Shown in pieces: positions 17,451 through 27,096 of a DNA stretch of 55,699 bases (within the stretch, counting starts at the first letter, position 1; every line of letters starts with the position of its first letter). Source of the DNA: Clostridia bacterium (GTDB lineage Bacteria; Bacillota; Clostridia; Oscillospirales; Acutalibacteraceae); NCBI GenBank assembly GCA_017936365.1, contig JAGBFS010000021.1, positions 1-55,699 of the forward strand, given 5' to 3'. The notes below the pieces were generated by a model. The model saw only the letters and a program-made list of their open reading frames with translations. It made no database searches and was not told where the DNA came from. The position numbers and the translations under genes were made by a program.

Positions 17451-19193
17451 TTATATTACATATTTCATATTATAATAATCGATCTTCTGACGGTAATCTT
17501 CACCGTAATTTCTGACCGCTCGCAGATGCTCATGGAAATTCATGTCGTGGTTTGCAAAATCAAGCAGACATCCGGCTATATTTGAGCAATGGTCAGATAT
17601 TCTCTCCAGATCTGTCAGAAGATCCGACCAGATAAACCCAAGGTCGATCGTACATCCGCCCTGCTGAAGACGCAGAATATGATTTGTCCTCATCTTTTCC
17701 TTAAGGCTGTCAATCACCTGCTCCAGCGGGGATATAGCGTATACAGCATCTGCGTCGCCGCCCGAAAAAGCCGCTGTTGTCAGCTGCATGATCTCATCTA
17801 TTGCGCTGATGAGAACATCCATCTCGGCACTTGCCTCATCGGAAAAAGCAATACCCTTGCTGCAAAGCTCCTCGGCCGACTCCAGCACATTAAGTGCATG
17901 ATCGGAAATGCGCTCATAGTCTCCGATAATCTTCAGCAGCATCGCCGCCTCTGCACTGTCATTTTCATCTATCTGCAGCGAGCTTAGCTTTACAAGATAT
18001 GTGGAAAGGCTGTCTTCGTATTTATCGGTCTTTTCTTCGTTTTCTCTGACCGCATCAGCCAGCGCCGGAGTATAATTTTTCAACGCCGCCGCAGCATCGC
18101 TAAACGATTTTGCCGAACAGTTCGCCATCTCCTCTGCGACGGCGCGGCTCTGTTCAAGAGCTATCGCAGGTGTTGTCATAAGTCTTTCATCGAGCACACT
18201 CAAAGTTTCCGGTTCCTTGGAATCGGGAACAAGCTTTATTACCAGCTTTTCAAGCAACTTTGACATCGGCAGCAGCAGAATAGTACAAAGAATATTGAAA
18301 ACGGAATGAGCAACTGCTATGCCGAATAGCGATGCCGACTGCGTGAGCAGTACCGGGCTCAACACGATTTTGATAATCCAGAACACCACCAGCCAGACTA
18401 TCGTTCCTATAACATTGAAGCTCAAATGCACCATTGCTGCACGTTTTGCATTTTTTGTTGTACCTATAGAGGATAGCATTGCCGTAACGCATGTACCGAT
18501 ATTCTGTCCCATGATGATGGGAATGGCTGCGCCGTAGCTTACCTGACCTGTTGCCGCAAGCGCCTGAAGAATACCCACCGACGCCGAGCTGGACTGGATT
18601 ATCGCCGTCAGCACCGCTCCGGCAAGAACACCAAGCAGCGGATTCTGGAACATAATAAACAGATTTTTGAATGCCTCGACCTCTCGGAGTCCGGAAACCG
18701 AATCTGACATGGCATCCATACCAAACATCAGCGTTGCAAAGCCGAGCAGAATTACACCGTTATCCTTTTTCTTGCCATTCTTACAGAACATATAATATAT
18801 TATGCCGATAATGGCAAGTATCGGTGTAAAAGAAGTCGGTTTCAAAAGCTGTACAAACATATTTTTGCTGTCGATACCGCTAAGACTCAGCAGCCACGCT
18901 GTAACGGTCGTACCGACATTTGCACCCATAATTACATTGATCGCCTGACTAAGGGCAAGCAGACCGGAATTAACAAAGCCGACAACCATAACTGTCGTTG
19001 CCGATGAGCTCTGGATAATAGCGGTCACGCCAAGACCGGTAAGGAAACCTGCTGATTTTTTTGTTGTAAGCCTTCCAAGGATTGTCCGCAATCCGTTACC
19101 CGCTCTGCGTTCAAGTGCCTCACCCATAAGGTTCATTCCGAAAAGGAACAAGCAAAGACCGCCGATCAGACTCAATACATCAAAAACACTCAT
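17451..19193 (-). CDS. Na+/phosphate cotransporter family protein with a C-terminal PhoU-like domain
   Basis: Duplicated QSSSAT/QSSSAS motifs in a polytopic N-terminal half. ERI.DH repeats (ERISDHALN, ERISDHCSN) in the C-terminal half. Confidence 0.9.
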   Translation of the reverse strand: MSVFDVLSLIGGLCLFLFGMNLMGEALERRAGNGLRTILGRLTTKKSAGFLTGLGVTAIIQSSSATTVMVVGFVNSGLLALSQAINVIMGANVGTTVTAWLLSLSGIDSKNMFVQLLKPTSFTPILAIIGIIYYMFCKNGKKKDNGVILLGFATLMFGMDAMSDSVSGLREVEAFKNLFIMFQNPLLGVLAGAVLTAIIQSSSASVGILQALAATGQVSYGAAIPIIMGQNIGTCVTAMLSSIGTTKNAKRAAMVHLSFNVIGTIVWLVVFWIIKIVLSPVLLTQSASLFGIAVAHSVFNILCTILLLPMSKLLEKLVIKLVPDSKEPETLSVLDERLMTTPAIALEQSRAVAEEMANCSAKSFSDAAAALKNYTPALADAVRENEEKTDKYEDSLSTYLVKLSSLQIDENDSAEAAMLLKIIGDYERISDHALNVLESAEELCSKGIAFSDEASAEMDVLISAIDEIMQLTTAAFSGGDADAVYAISPLEQVIDSLKEKMRTNHILRLQQGGCTIDLGFIWSDLLTDLERISDHCSNIAGCLLDFANHDMNFHEHLRAVRNYGEDYRQKIDYYNMKYVI

Positions 19194-19266
19194 TTCATCA
19201 CTTCCATTATTATTTTATGACACTAAAATTCTAACAAACCAAATGCTATATCCGCTATCTCATCGC

Positions 19267-19294
19267 CGTGAAATGCTCGTAAAATGTTTGTTAA
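19267..19294 (-). promoter_or_regulatory. Three direct hexamer repeats with 11-bp phasing (TTAACA-n5-TTTACG-n5-TTCACG on the minus strand): Pho-box-like
   Basis: Hexamers at 19289-19294, 19278-19283 and 19267-19272. They lie 74-101 nt upstream of the Na/Pi transporter start. Confidence 0.4.
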
Positions 19295-19446
19295 GCTATT
19301 TTTCACCATTTTACATTCAATTAACAGTTTCCCCCTAACCGCACTGCTTTTATTCACCAAATGCATAGCCCTATGTTAAACTACACCGTAAAAACATGTT
19401 GAGAAAAACTATATTATGCGCTAAAATAAACAATGAGGTGATTTTG

Positions 19447-20295
19447 ATGCTGACGCTCGCGAAAATGTATCGGCCTATTACGGCCACACCGCTTAAATGT
19501 GATTATACCTATTGTGAAATCGAACCGTGTGAAGCACTCAAGCCCTATATCCGCTGCTTCTGGGGCACACGATCACCGATTGCAAACAGCGTAAGCAAAC
19601 ATCTGACCAATCTGGTTATCCCCGACACCTGCATGGATATACTTTTCAAAATAAATTACACCGCCAACAAATATGACGGTCTTTTTTGCCCTATCGACGA
19701 ACACCCGCACCAATCGGAAGTCAGCACAGATACCGATCTTACCGCCACCTTTGCGATCAGGTTTTATGCATGGTCGGCCATTCTGTTCTCCGACCACGAT
19801 TTCAGAAACAACAGCATTTTCTCCATCGAAGAGTTTTCGCAAAAACTGAAATCCGATCTGGAGCCTCTTTTGTTCGACATACCTGCTTTGAAGGATAAGA
19901 TTTATTTTACCGAACGATTTTTGATCCGGCGTCTCAACAAAAACCGCATCAACCACACTCTTCTTAACAGCATTTATTATATGGTCAGTAACTGCGGCCG
20001 GGCAAAAATTTCCGAGGTTTGCAATTACTCATCCGCTTCCGAAAAACAGCTCGAGCGTCTTTTTAAATATAATATCGGGGTTTCGCCCAAAACCTTTTCA
20101 TCACTTGTTCGTTATCAGCTCCTATGGCGCGATATGCTTTTTTCATCAAATTACAACGTTCTCGACGCGGTGGACAAATACGGTTATACTGACCAGGCGC
20201 ATCTTATCCACGATTTTAAAAAACGTCATCTTATGTCGCCGAAAGAAGCAATAAACTATGCCATGTCGGATTTTTACAATACAAAAAGCCTGTGA
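19447..20295 (+). CDS. AraC-family transcriptional regulator
   Basis: C-terminal dual HTH (...F....G.SPK.F..L.R...) ending GY.DQAHL..DFK. ATG at 19447 follows GAGGTG. Confidence 0.82.
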   Translation: MLTLAKMYRPITATPLKCDYTYCEIEPCEALKPYIRCFWGTRSPIANSVSKHLTNLVIPDTCMDILFKINYTANKYDGLFCPIDEHPHQSEVSTDTDLTATFAIRFYAWSAILFSDHDFRNNSIFSIEEFSQKLKSDLEPLLFDIPALKDKIYFTERFLIRRLNKNRINHTLLNSIYYMVSNCGRAKISEVCNYSSASEKQLERLFKYNIGVSPKTFSSLVRYQLLWRDMLFSSNYNVLDAVDKYGYTDQAHLIHDFKKRHLMSPKEAINYAMSDFYNTKSL

Positions 20296-20339
20296 TGTGA
20301 TAATCTTAAAGCAACAAAACCGAAAGAAGGAATAAGATT

Positions 20340-20615
20340 ATGATCGATTCAAGATGCGGACTTCACTGTACAGGCTGTGAGTATAAGGACACCTGCAATT
20401 GCGGCGGATGTATCGAAACAAACGGACACCCATTTCACGGTGAATGTCCTGTTGCAATCTGCTGTCAGGATAATGGCATAATCCATTGCGGCGAATGCCG
20501 CAATTTCCCCTGCGAACTGCTGATTCAGTATACCTGTGATCCCGAACATGGCGATAATCCGCACGGCGCAAGAATAAAGCAATGCAGAATCTGGAAAGAG
20601 GAATCAATGACATAA
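20340..20615 (+). CDS. Cys-rich DUF3795-like protein
   Basis: CGL.C..C......C.GC........C....C.......CG.C..FPC pattern. Confidence 0.7.
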   Translation: MIDSRCGLHCTGCEYKDTCNCGGCIETNGHPFHGECPVAICCQDNGIIHCGECRNFPCELLIQYTCDPEHGDNPHGARIKQCRIWKEESMT

Positions 20616-20718
20616 CCTGTTGTTTTCAAATATTTCTCTTTGCAGTATTGCCGCTGTACAAACACTCGCAAAAAGCTGTACCGTACAACCACAATTAATC
20701 TGAAGGAGGATATAAATA

Positions 20719-21633
20719 ATGGCTTTACCGGATTTCAAAAAACTCGAACAGGATAAGACCGCTGTGCCTCAATGGGCAAAATTTCTCAAAGACGGCGAAT
20801 TTATCAGCTATTCCAATACCTACAAAAGCAAAATCTATTTTGATTTATTCGACAGGTATATTTATCCGTGTCAGCAGACCGGTGATATCAGATACTACGT
20901 CTATGACCCGATAAAACACGGAGCCGACCCCGAAAAGAAATATCCTGTTCTGATGTGGCTGCACGGTGCAAGCAACTCCCTTATGGAGGAGGGCTGCATT
21001 ATGTGCTGCGGCGCGGAGCAATACGCTTCTCCAAAATATCAGCAGGCTATGGGCGGAGCCTATCTTATTGTCCCGCTGGCTAACGAGCAGCGACTTGAAG
21101 ACGGAACTATTATCGGCGCATGGGCAAAGGAACACAGCGCACCTATAAAAGCGATCTATGACAAAGTGTGTGAAGAACACCGCGAAAACATCGGGAAGAA
21201 ATTTGTTATGGGTGCATCATCTGGCGGATATTTCACATGGCAGCTGCTCGAGGATTACTGCGGATATTTTGACGGCGCGATCCCTATTTCATCCGGGTAT
21301 ATTCCCGCCGACGACGCTCTTGATATGATATCCGAAAGCGGTACACATCTCATCATCGCCCACGGCAAGCATGACGAAATGGCTCTTTTTGATAAGTGTG
21401 TCGCGCCGCGTATCAACAAGCTTACCTCTATGAAAAACAGTATTTGCTTCTTCCCCGAATGGGTCTACAACGGAGACGGCGGTATATCCTCTGTCTTCTA
21501 CGGCCTTGAAATGGGACAGCATTGCATGATCAACTGGATTCAGCATGATCTCATGTTCGATAACGGCACGCCTGCCGACGAAAGATTGCCCGATGGCATT
21601 ACCGGATGGATAAAGCAGATTAGCACAAAATAA
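20719..21633 (+). CDS. Alpha/beta-hydrolase esterase
   Basis: YPVLMWLHG oxyanion region, GASSGG nucleophile elbow, and late HGKHD. Confidence 0.72.
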   Translation: MALPDFKKLEQDKTAVPQWAKFLKDGEFISYSNTYKSKIYFDLFDRYIYPCQQTGDIRYYVYDPIKHGADPEKKYPVLMWLHGASNSLMEEGCIMCCGAEQYASPKYQQAMGGAYLIVPLANEQRLEDGTIIGAWAKEHSAPIKAIYDKVCEEHRENIGKKFVMGASSGGYFTWQLLEDYCGYFDGAIPISSGYIPADDALDMISESGTHLIIAHGKHDEMALFDKCVAPRINKLTSMKNSICFFPEWVYNGDGGISSVFYGLEMGQHCMINWIQHDLMFDNGTPADERLPDGITGWIKQISTK

Positions 21634-21735
21634 CCATTTATTTAAAACGGCACAAAAAAGAGCGCACAGTGTTAGTCAGATAGTCATACAGAAAGTTTAA
21701 AAATCAAGGCTAAAACCAATTACATCGGATATGAC

Positions 21736-21773
21736 AACACCACCGTATCACGTTTGATACGGTGGTGTTTTTA
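21736..21773 (+). terminator. Rho-independent terminator
   Basis: aacaccaccgtatca cgtt tgatacggtggtgtt followed by ttttt. Confidence 0.75.
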
Positions 21774-21909
21774 TCGCTGATGCTCCCTGCTATGCTCCAT
21801 AACCCATACCGCCGGTATAAGAAACACCATAAAAATTATATTATCGGTAGGTTGAAGAGCATAGCAGCCCGTGCTAAAATTTAAATATAACATCGAAAGG
21901 AAAAAGCTG

Positions 21910-23007
21910 ATGAAAATTAAAATTGCTGAAAATATAAAATCACTACGCAAACAATATTCCTTCACACAGGAACAGCTTGCCGAGGCACTCGGAGTTACAG
22001 TCGGCGCTGTATATAAGTGGGAATCGGGTCAGTCGATGCCTGAGGTAAAGCTGATTATGGAGCTTGCGGATTTGTTTGAAATCTCCATCGATACCCTTTT
22101 GGGTTATGACCGACAGAACGAAAATATCGCAAACAGGATAGCGCGGCTAAAACAGTATATATTCGAAAAGGATTTTGACGAGGCTGTGCTTGAAGCGGAA
22201 AAGGCGCTGAAGAAATATCCCAACAATTTTGAAATAGTCTATGTGGCTGCAATGGCGTATATGTTTAAGTTTTCCGAAGAAAAAGACGAAAAGTCGATGC
22301 TGAAATCCAACGGGCTTTTTCACAGCGCAATTTCACTTCTGTACCAGAATAAGGAAAGCAGCATAAATGAAACAACTATCCGCAACATGATCGCTCTGAA
22401 CCATCTTAACGCAGGACAGACGGAAAAGGGACTTGAGCTTCTGAAACAGAACAACATCTGTGATATAAACAGCGCCCGTATCGGCTTTACATACGCTGTG
22501 ATGAAGCAGCCTCTCAAAGCAAGAACACATCTTTACAACTCTTTCGTGAGTGTTATGAATAACACCATTCATACAATGGGCGGAATGGTCCTTATGTTTG
22601 CTCAGCAGAAAGATGAGTTTTGCATTGATGCCGCAATATGGCTTATGCATTACTTTGACAGTATAAAAGAAGACAAGAGCAGTATCATTTTTATCGACAA
22701 GCTGAAAGCAATTCTTTATGCACAGCTTGCAGTAATGACAGCGGCTTTCGGCAGATATTGTGAAGCAGAAAAATACATCGCTGACGCGTATAATCTTGCC
22801 GTAAAATTCGACGCCGCACCGGTTTACACTACACAGGGCATAAAATTTCTGAAAGGCGAAGACCGGGTGGGGATTTCTCTGGATGGTCTGGGAGAGACTG
22901 CCCTTGACGGAATTGAAAGTTTTATTTTTGCAAATGCCGAACCGTCGCAGTCACTTGACTTTGTAAAAAACAGATTTGAGGAACTGAAAAATGAAGAGGA
23001 AAAGTAA
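21910..23007 (+). CDS. XRE-family HTH regulator with a TPR-like helical C-terminal domain
   Basis: The N-terminus IKSLRK...FTQEQLAE.LGVT..AVYKWESG is a Cro/C1 HTH, followed by about 300 aa of helical repeats. Start moved to ATG 21910 (MKIKIAEN). Confidence 0.78.
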   Translation: MKIKIAENIKSLRKQYSFTQEQLAEALGVTVGAVYKWESGQSMPEVKLIMELADLFEISIDTLLGYDRQNENIANRIARLKQYIFEKDFDEAVLEAEKALKKYPNNFEIVYVAAMAYMFKFSEEKDEKSMLKSNGLFHSAISLLYQNKESSINETTIRNMIALNHLNAGQTEKGLELLKQNNICDINSARIGFTYAVMKQPLKARTHLYNSFVSVMNNTIHTMGGMVLMFAQQKDEFCIDAAIWLMHYFDSIKEDKSSIIFIDKLKAILYAQLAVMTAAFGRYCEAEKYIADAYNLAVKFDAAPVYTTQGIKFLKGEDRVGISLDGLGETALDGIESFIFANAEPSQSLDFVKNRFEELKNEEEK

Positions 23008-23947
23008 AATGGCATCAAAAATTATTATCATCGTTTTAATCGTTCTGTGCGTTCTTCTGCTGATTGCGTTTATCAATCACAGAATAAAAACAGAAAGCGA
23101 AAAGTCACTTCTCAATCCTATAGGTCAGCTTGTGGAGGTCGATGGCAAAAATATGTGCGTTTATACCGAGGGCGAGGGCGAAAAAACACTTGTCTTCCTG
23201 TCGGGCGGCGGCACCCCCTCACCTATCCTTGATTTCAAGTCGCTGTACTCACAGCTGACAGACGAATATAAAATCGCTGTTGTGGAGAAATTCGGCTACG
23301 GTTTCAGCGACGACAGCGACAGAAGCAGAGATATTGATACCATGCTGGAAGATACAAGAAAAGCACTTTCAGAAGCTGGCGTTGAAGCGCCTTATGTTCT
23401 TTGTCCCCATTCATTGTCGGGACTTGAAGCAATATACTGGGCGCAGAAATATCCCGATGAGGTTGAGGCAATAATCGGACTTGATATGGCGGCGCCCGAA
23501 TATTACACCGACCTGCATATCGGCGCAGGGGGCTTGAAACTGAATCAGGTGCTCGGTGAAATGGGTCTTGCACGGCTTGTTTCGGGAAGCGTGAACGTTC
23601 TGTATGAGAACTCGCAGCTCACGGAAAAAGAATTGAGCATTATAAAAGCAATTTACAGCAGACGCTGTGTTTCGGACGCTTTGGTAAACGAAGGAAAAAT
23701 GTGCAGGGAAAATGCAAAAATTATAAGCGAGGGCGGTATGCCGCAGGTTCCCGTGCTTATGTTTATTTCAAACGGCGACGGCATAAATTACGACAAGAAG
23801 GCGTGGGTGGAAACGTCCGTGAGTTATGCCGAAAGCCTTGAAAACGGCGAGTATATACAGCTTGACTGCCCTCACTACATTCATAATTCTGAGTATATGA
23901 GGATTGCCGACGAAATAAAACAGTTTTTGGGAGAAGCAAATGAATAA
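22991..23947 (+). CDS. Membrane-anchored alpha/beta hydrolase
   Basis: N-terminal TM helix, LVFLSGGG oxyanion region, and HSLSG nucleophile elbow. Overlaps the upstream regulator by 17 nt. Confidence 0.78.
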   Translation: MKRKSKMASKIIIIVLIVLCVLLLIAFINHRIKTESEKSLLNPIGQLVEVDGKNMCVYTEGEGEKTLVFLSGGGTPSPILDFKSLYSQLTDEYKIAVVEKFGYGFSDDSDRSRDIDTMLEDTRKALSEAGVEAPYVLCPHSLSGLEAIYWAQKYPDEVEAIIGLDMAAPEYYTDLHIGAGGLKLNQVLGEMGLARLVSGSVNVLYENSQLTEKELSIIKAIYSRRCVSDALVNEGKMCRENAKIISEGGMPQVPVLMFISNGDGINYDKKAWVETSVSYAESLENGEYIQLDCPHYIHNSEYMRIADEIKQFLGEANE

Positions 23948-25601
23948 TTCACTTGACAGAGAGCTTTTAAAAATATGCAGAAAAAACAGGCTCACGGGAG
24001 CAAACATTGCGCTGTATGACAATGAAAAAATTATTTACAGCTTTAACTTCGGCTACGCCAATAAAGCGCAAAAGCGCAAGAGCACCAACGACAGTCTGTA
24101 TATGATCGGTTCAAACACAAAGGTTATGACCGCCCTCGGCATTTTCAAGCTGATGGAAGACGGCGTGCTTTCTTTGGACGATGATATAAGAAAATTCATC
24201 CCCGAATTTGAGATAAAATCCGAGTTTGAATATGAAAGCATCACAATCGAAAATCTGCTTATGCACAGGGCGGGATTGCAGTGCGATCTGTTTGATCTGA
24301 TTCTCGACAGAAACAGGGATTTTCACGAGACGGTCGGCGAGCTGAAAAACACATACCTGACAGAAAAACCGGGGAAAATGTTTGCCTATTCAAACGTTGG
24401 ATATACCGTGCTCGGAATTATCATCGAAAGAGCGTCGGGGCAAACGTATCAGGATTATATCGAAAAAGTGATAGCCGAGCCTCTGGGCATAAAAATCCAC
24501 TTTCTGCAGACCGACGCGGAAAGAACCCCTTTCTCATCAACCGTTTCTCTTTCCTATGACAAAAAGGGCAATGAAGTTGAAGACAAGCTTTTCACAATGC
24601 TCCCCGCAGGCTCAAACACCTATATTTCCATGAACGATTTCGTGAAATTCGGTCAGATATTCCTAAATAAGGATAACACCATTTTCAGAAAAGGAACCCT
24701 TGAGCTTATGGAAACCCTGAATGTAAGCGAGCCGCTTGACCGCGAGATTGCAATGGCAGGTTATTGCCTTGCACACAATGCTTTTAATTTCGGCAAGAAT
24801 ACGGGAAAGGTTTGGGGTCACGGCGGCGGCACGATCTGTCACCACTCGTTTTTCAGTTATATTCCCGACAGAAATGTCGGCGCTATGGTTATGACCAATA
24901 ACGAACGGGGAAACAAAGTCGCCACAGCGCTTGGTTTGAAGGCCATCACGAATTACCTGAAAAGCAAAGGATTGATACGCGGCAGATTATCTTTTGAGCA
25001 TAAGCACGTCCGGACAAACTGCGATAAATACCTCGGCAGATTTGCAACGATATCGGGTCTCATAGATATCAGAAAAAACTGCAGAGGCGAGCTTGTCACA
25101 AAGATTGCGGGCTTATCGGTCAAACTGATACCTTGCGAGGACGGATTTTTACAGTGCTGCCCGAACAGCTTGCTGTTAAAGCTGCCCGTCTTTAAAAAAG
25201 TAATTATGTGTATGAGGTTGAAAACAGCCGATTACGACGGCGAAGAGGTTCTGATTCTGGAAAAGACATCGGAATATTCCAAAAATCTGAACATAATCGG
25301 CTGCCGCTATACAGAAATAAAGATCCCGCAGACCTTTGAAAAAGCCTGCGGACGCTATGAAGTCGCAAGTGAAAACCTGAAAAATATGAGTGCTGACTGT
25401 TCGCTTGGTATTGAGGACGGTGCGTTGATATTAAAAATAAACGCATTGAACAGCAAATTCAATATCTGCTTAAAACCCGTCAGTGATAATCTTGCCTTCA
25501 CACAAGGTTTTGGAAGAATGGCAAGAGAAGCTGTAACTTTGTGCGAAAATAAAGATGGATTTTATCTGACGTACAGCGGGATCGTTTTTAAAAAGAGCTG
25601 A
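23940..25601 (+). CDS. Serine hydrolase of the beta-lactamase/PBP (class C-like) family with an extra C-terminal domain
   Basis: SxxK motif (GSNTK), YSN motif (YSNVGY), late HGG. 8-nt overlap with the upstream gene. Confidence 0.82.
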   Translation: MNNSLDRELLKICRKNRLTGANIALYDNEKIIYSFNFGYANKAQKRKSTNDSLYMIGSNTKVMTALGIFKLMEDGVLSLDDDIRKFIPEFEIKSEFEYESITIENLLMHRAGLQCDLFDLILDRNRDFHETVGELKNTYLTEKPGKMFAYSNVGYTVLGIIIERASGQTYQDYIEKVIAEPLGIKIHFLQTDAERTPFSSTVSLSYDKKGNEVEDKLFTMLPAGSNTYISMNDFVKFGQIFLNKDNTIFRKGTLELMETLNVSEPLDREIAMAGYCLAHNAFNFGKNTGKVWGHGGGTICHHSFFSYIPDRNVGAMVMTNNERGNKVATALGLKAITNYLKSKGLIRGRLSFEHKHVRTNCDKYLGRFATISGLIDIRKNCRGELVTKIAGLSVKLIPCEDGFLQCCPNSLLLKLPVFKKVIMCMRLKTADYDGEEVLILEKTSEYSKNLNIIGCRYTEIKIPQTFEKACGRYEVASENLKNMSADCSLGIEDGALILKINALNSKFNICLKPVSDNLAFTQGFGRMAREAVTLCENKDGFYLTYSGIVFKKS

Positions 25602-25802
25602 CAAGACACCGATATACAGACTGCTCGCAAGTGCGGAAAAATTACAAAGCTTATTTTTGAGATAATACACGAGCATATTGAGAAAAACGCTGTTCACGCA
25701 CCCGATAAGTCCGGCAAATGAAAAAGAAAATTGAGATTCACTTCAGATTTCACGTCGCTTTTTCCATTACTGTTGCTGACAGTATGAAATATGACAAAAG
25801 AG

Positions 25803-25836
25803 AAAGGATGCGCAGGTTTTCCTGCGCATCCTTTTA
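25803..25836. terminator. Strong hairpin terminator
   Basis: aaaggatgcgcagg tttt cctgcgcatccttt. Confidence 0.65.
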
Positions 25837-25901
25837 CTACAATTTGAATACTTCTTTTGAGGGCACGACTTTATCTGTGCGCCCTTAATTATCACGCTTA
25901 T

Positions 25902-26507
25902 TTAATACTCGTCAACCTCACGATTTCTCTTCTTTCTGCGAACCTTCTTTGTGCGCAGAACCAGCTTGCCGACGACGACAAAGCCGATAAGAAGAGCGGC
26001 AAAACCGAGAACAAGCCACAGAAGCGACTGACCTACTTCGGTATTGCTTATCTTATATATTTCGGTCAATCTGTCCTCATTTGCAATATTCTCTGCACTC
26101 ATACTGCCATAGGTCTGCGAAAACAGCTCAAGCTGTTCAAAGAGTGCAAGCAGCGTTACGACCAGACCTACACAAATTCCAAAGAAAGCAATTGAAAGAA
26201 GCGTGCCGATCGATCCTGCCTTATCGGATGACTCGATCTGATATGCAACTCTTGTGATCGGGCGCATATTGCTTATATCCACACGCTTCGCATCACGAAT
26301 GGCAAGCGCAGCGTTAGCCTTGACAGAAAGTCCAAGCTTGTTATCATCGTCAGGTATATTTGCATCGTCGATCGGATAACCGTCCTGATCAAATCCACCT
26401 GTCGTATTTGTCCGCGTCGTACTCTCGTAATCGACAAGTTCCTTACCGCAGTTATAACAGAAGCGGTCGCCCTCTTCGCTCAAAGCGGCACAATTACTGC
26501 ATATCAT
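25902..26507 (-). CDS. Zinc-ribbon membrane protein
   Basis: N-terminal C..C...(n)...C..CG knuckles, two C-terminal TM helices, basic tail. GAGGAA SD. Confidence 0.68.
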   Translation of the reverse strand: MICSNCAALSEEGDRFCYNCGKELVDYESTTRTNTTGGFDQDGYPIDDANIPDDDNKLGLSVKANAALAIRDAKRVDISNMRPITRVAYQIESSDKAGSIGTLLSIAFFGICVGLVVTLLALFEQLELFSQTYGSMSAENIANEDRLTEIYKISNTEVGQSLLWLVLGFAALLIGFVVVGKLVLRTKKVRRKKRNREVDEY

Positions 26508-26546
26508 TGTTCATTCCTCAATTCGGAGTAAAATAATAAATTTGAA

Positions 26547-27032
26547 TTACTTCTTGATCTTGTTGATGAATCTCTTGACAAGCCACACAAGACCTACGAT
26601 GCTGATGATAGCAACGATTGCAACAGCAGCAACTTCAAGGATAAAGAGCTTGCCTTCGGGATCGTTCGATGCGCTGCCGCCAACAAATTCAGAGGTGGGC
26701 TCGTTAATATTTCCTCCTTCACCAAACCAGCCGTTCAGTGTGGTCTTTGCGTCATCAAAAATAGTACCGGCCTTGCCGAACAGACCCTTTGCGGTAAGTG
26801 CGATCCAGCCGGCGATACTTGCGATGATGGTTGCAAGCGGTCCCTTAAGGCTGGTTTTCTTTGCCTTGCCGGTTTCCTTTGCCTTATCTGCTTCTTCAGC
26901 AGCTACTGCCAATGTGCCATTGTTTGCCTTTGCAAGAAGCTCGCCGATGGGCTCCTCTTCGGGACGTCTGCCGCAAACGGGGCAGCTCTCGCTTCCATCG
27001 GGAACAAAATTTGAACAGAACTTACAATTCAT
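26547..27032 (-). CDS. Zinc-ribbon membrane protein
   Basis: MNCKFCSNFVPDGSESCPVCG followed by TM helices. AAGGAAGAG SD. Confidence 0.68.
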   Translation of the reverse strand: MNCKFCSNFVPDGSESCPVCGRRPEEEPIGELLAKANNGTLAVAAEEADKAKETGKAKKTSLKGPLATIIASIAGWIALTAKGLFGKAGTIFDDAKTTLNGWFGEGGNINEPTSEFVGGSASNDPEGKLFILEVAAVAIVAIISIVGLVWLVKRFINKIKK

Positions 27033-27096
27033 GATACACTCTTCCTTTCATTATTTAACGCGGTCTCCACCGCATTTAAGCCTTTTTGTTTTGGAG

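Noticed and set aside
21771-21965. 64-aa hydrophobic minus-strand ORF overlapping the XRE-TPR regulator start, considered as a possible signalling pro-peptide.
   Set aside because: It is antisense to the regulator's HTH-coding region and runs into the upstream terminator. It has no SD.
25470-25901. Minus-strand 75-aa ORF (25470-25697) with a hydrophobic, GtrA-like flavour downstream of the serine hydrolase.
   Set aside because: It overlaps the 3' end of a well-supported gene, and has no SD and no intact N-terminus. At most it is a gene remnant, and that cannot be supported from sequence alone.
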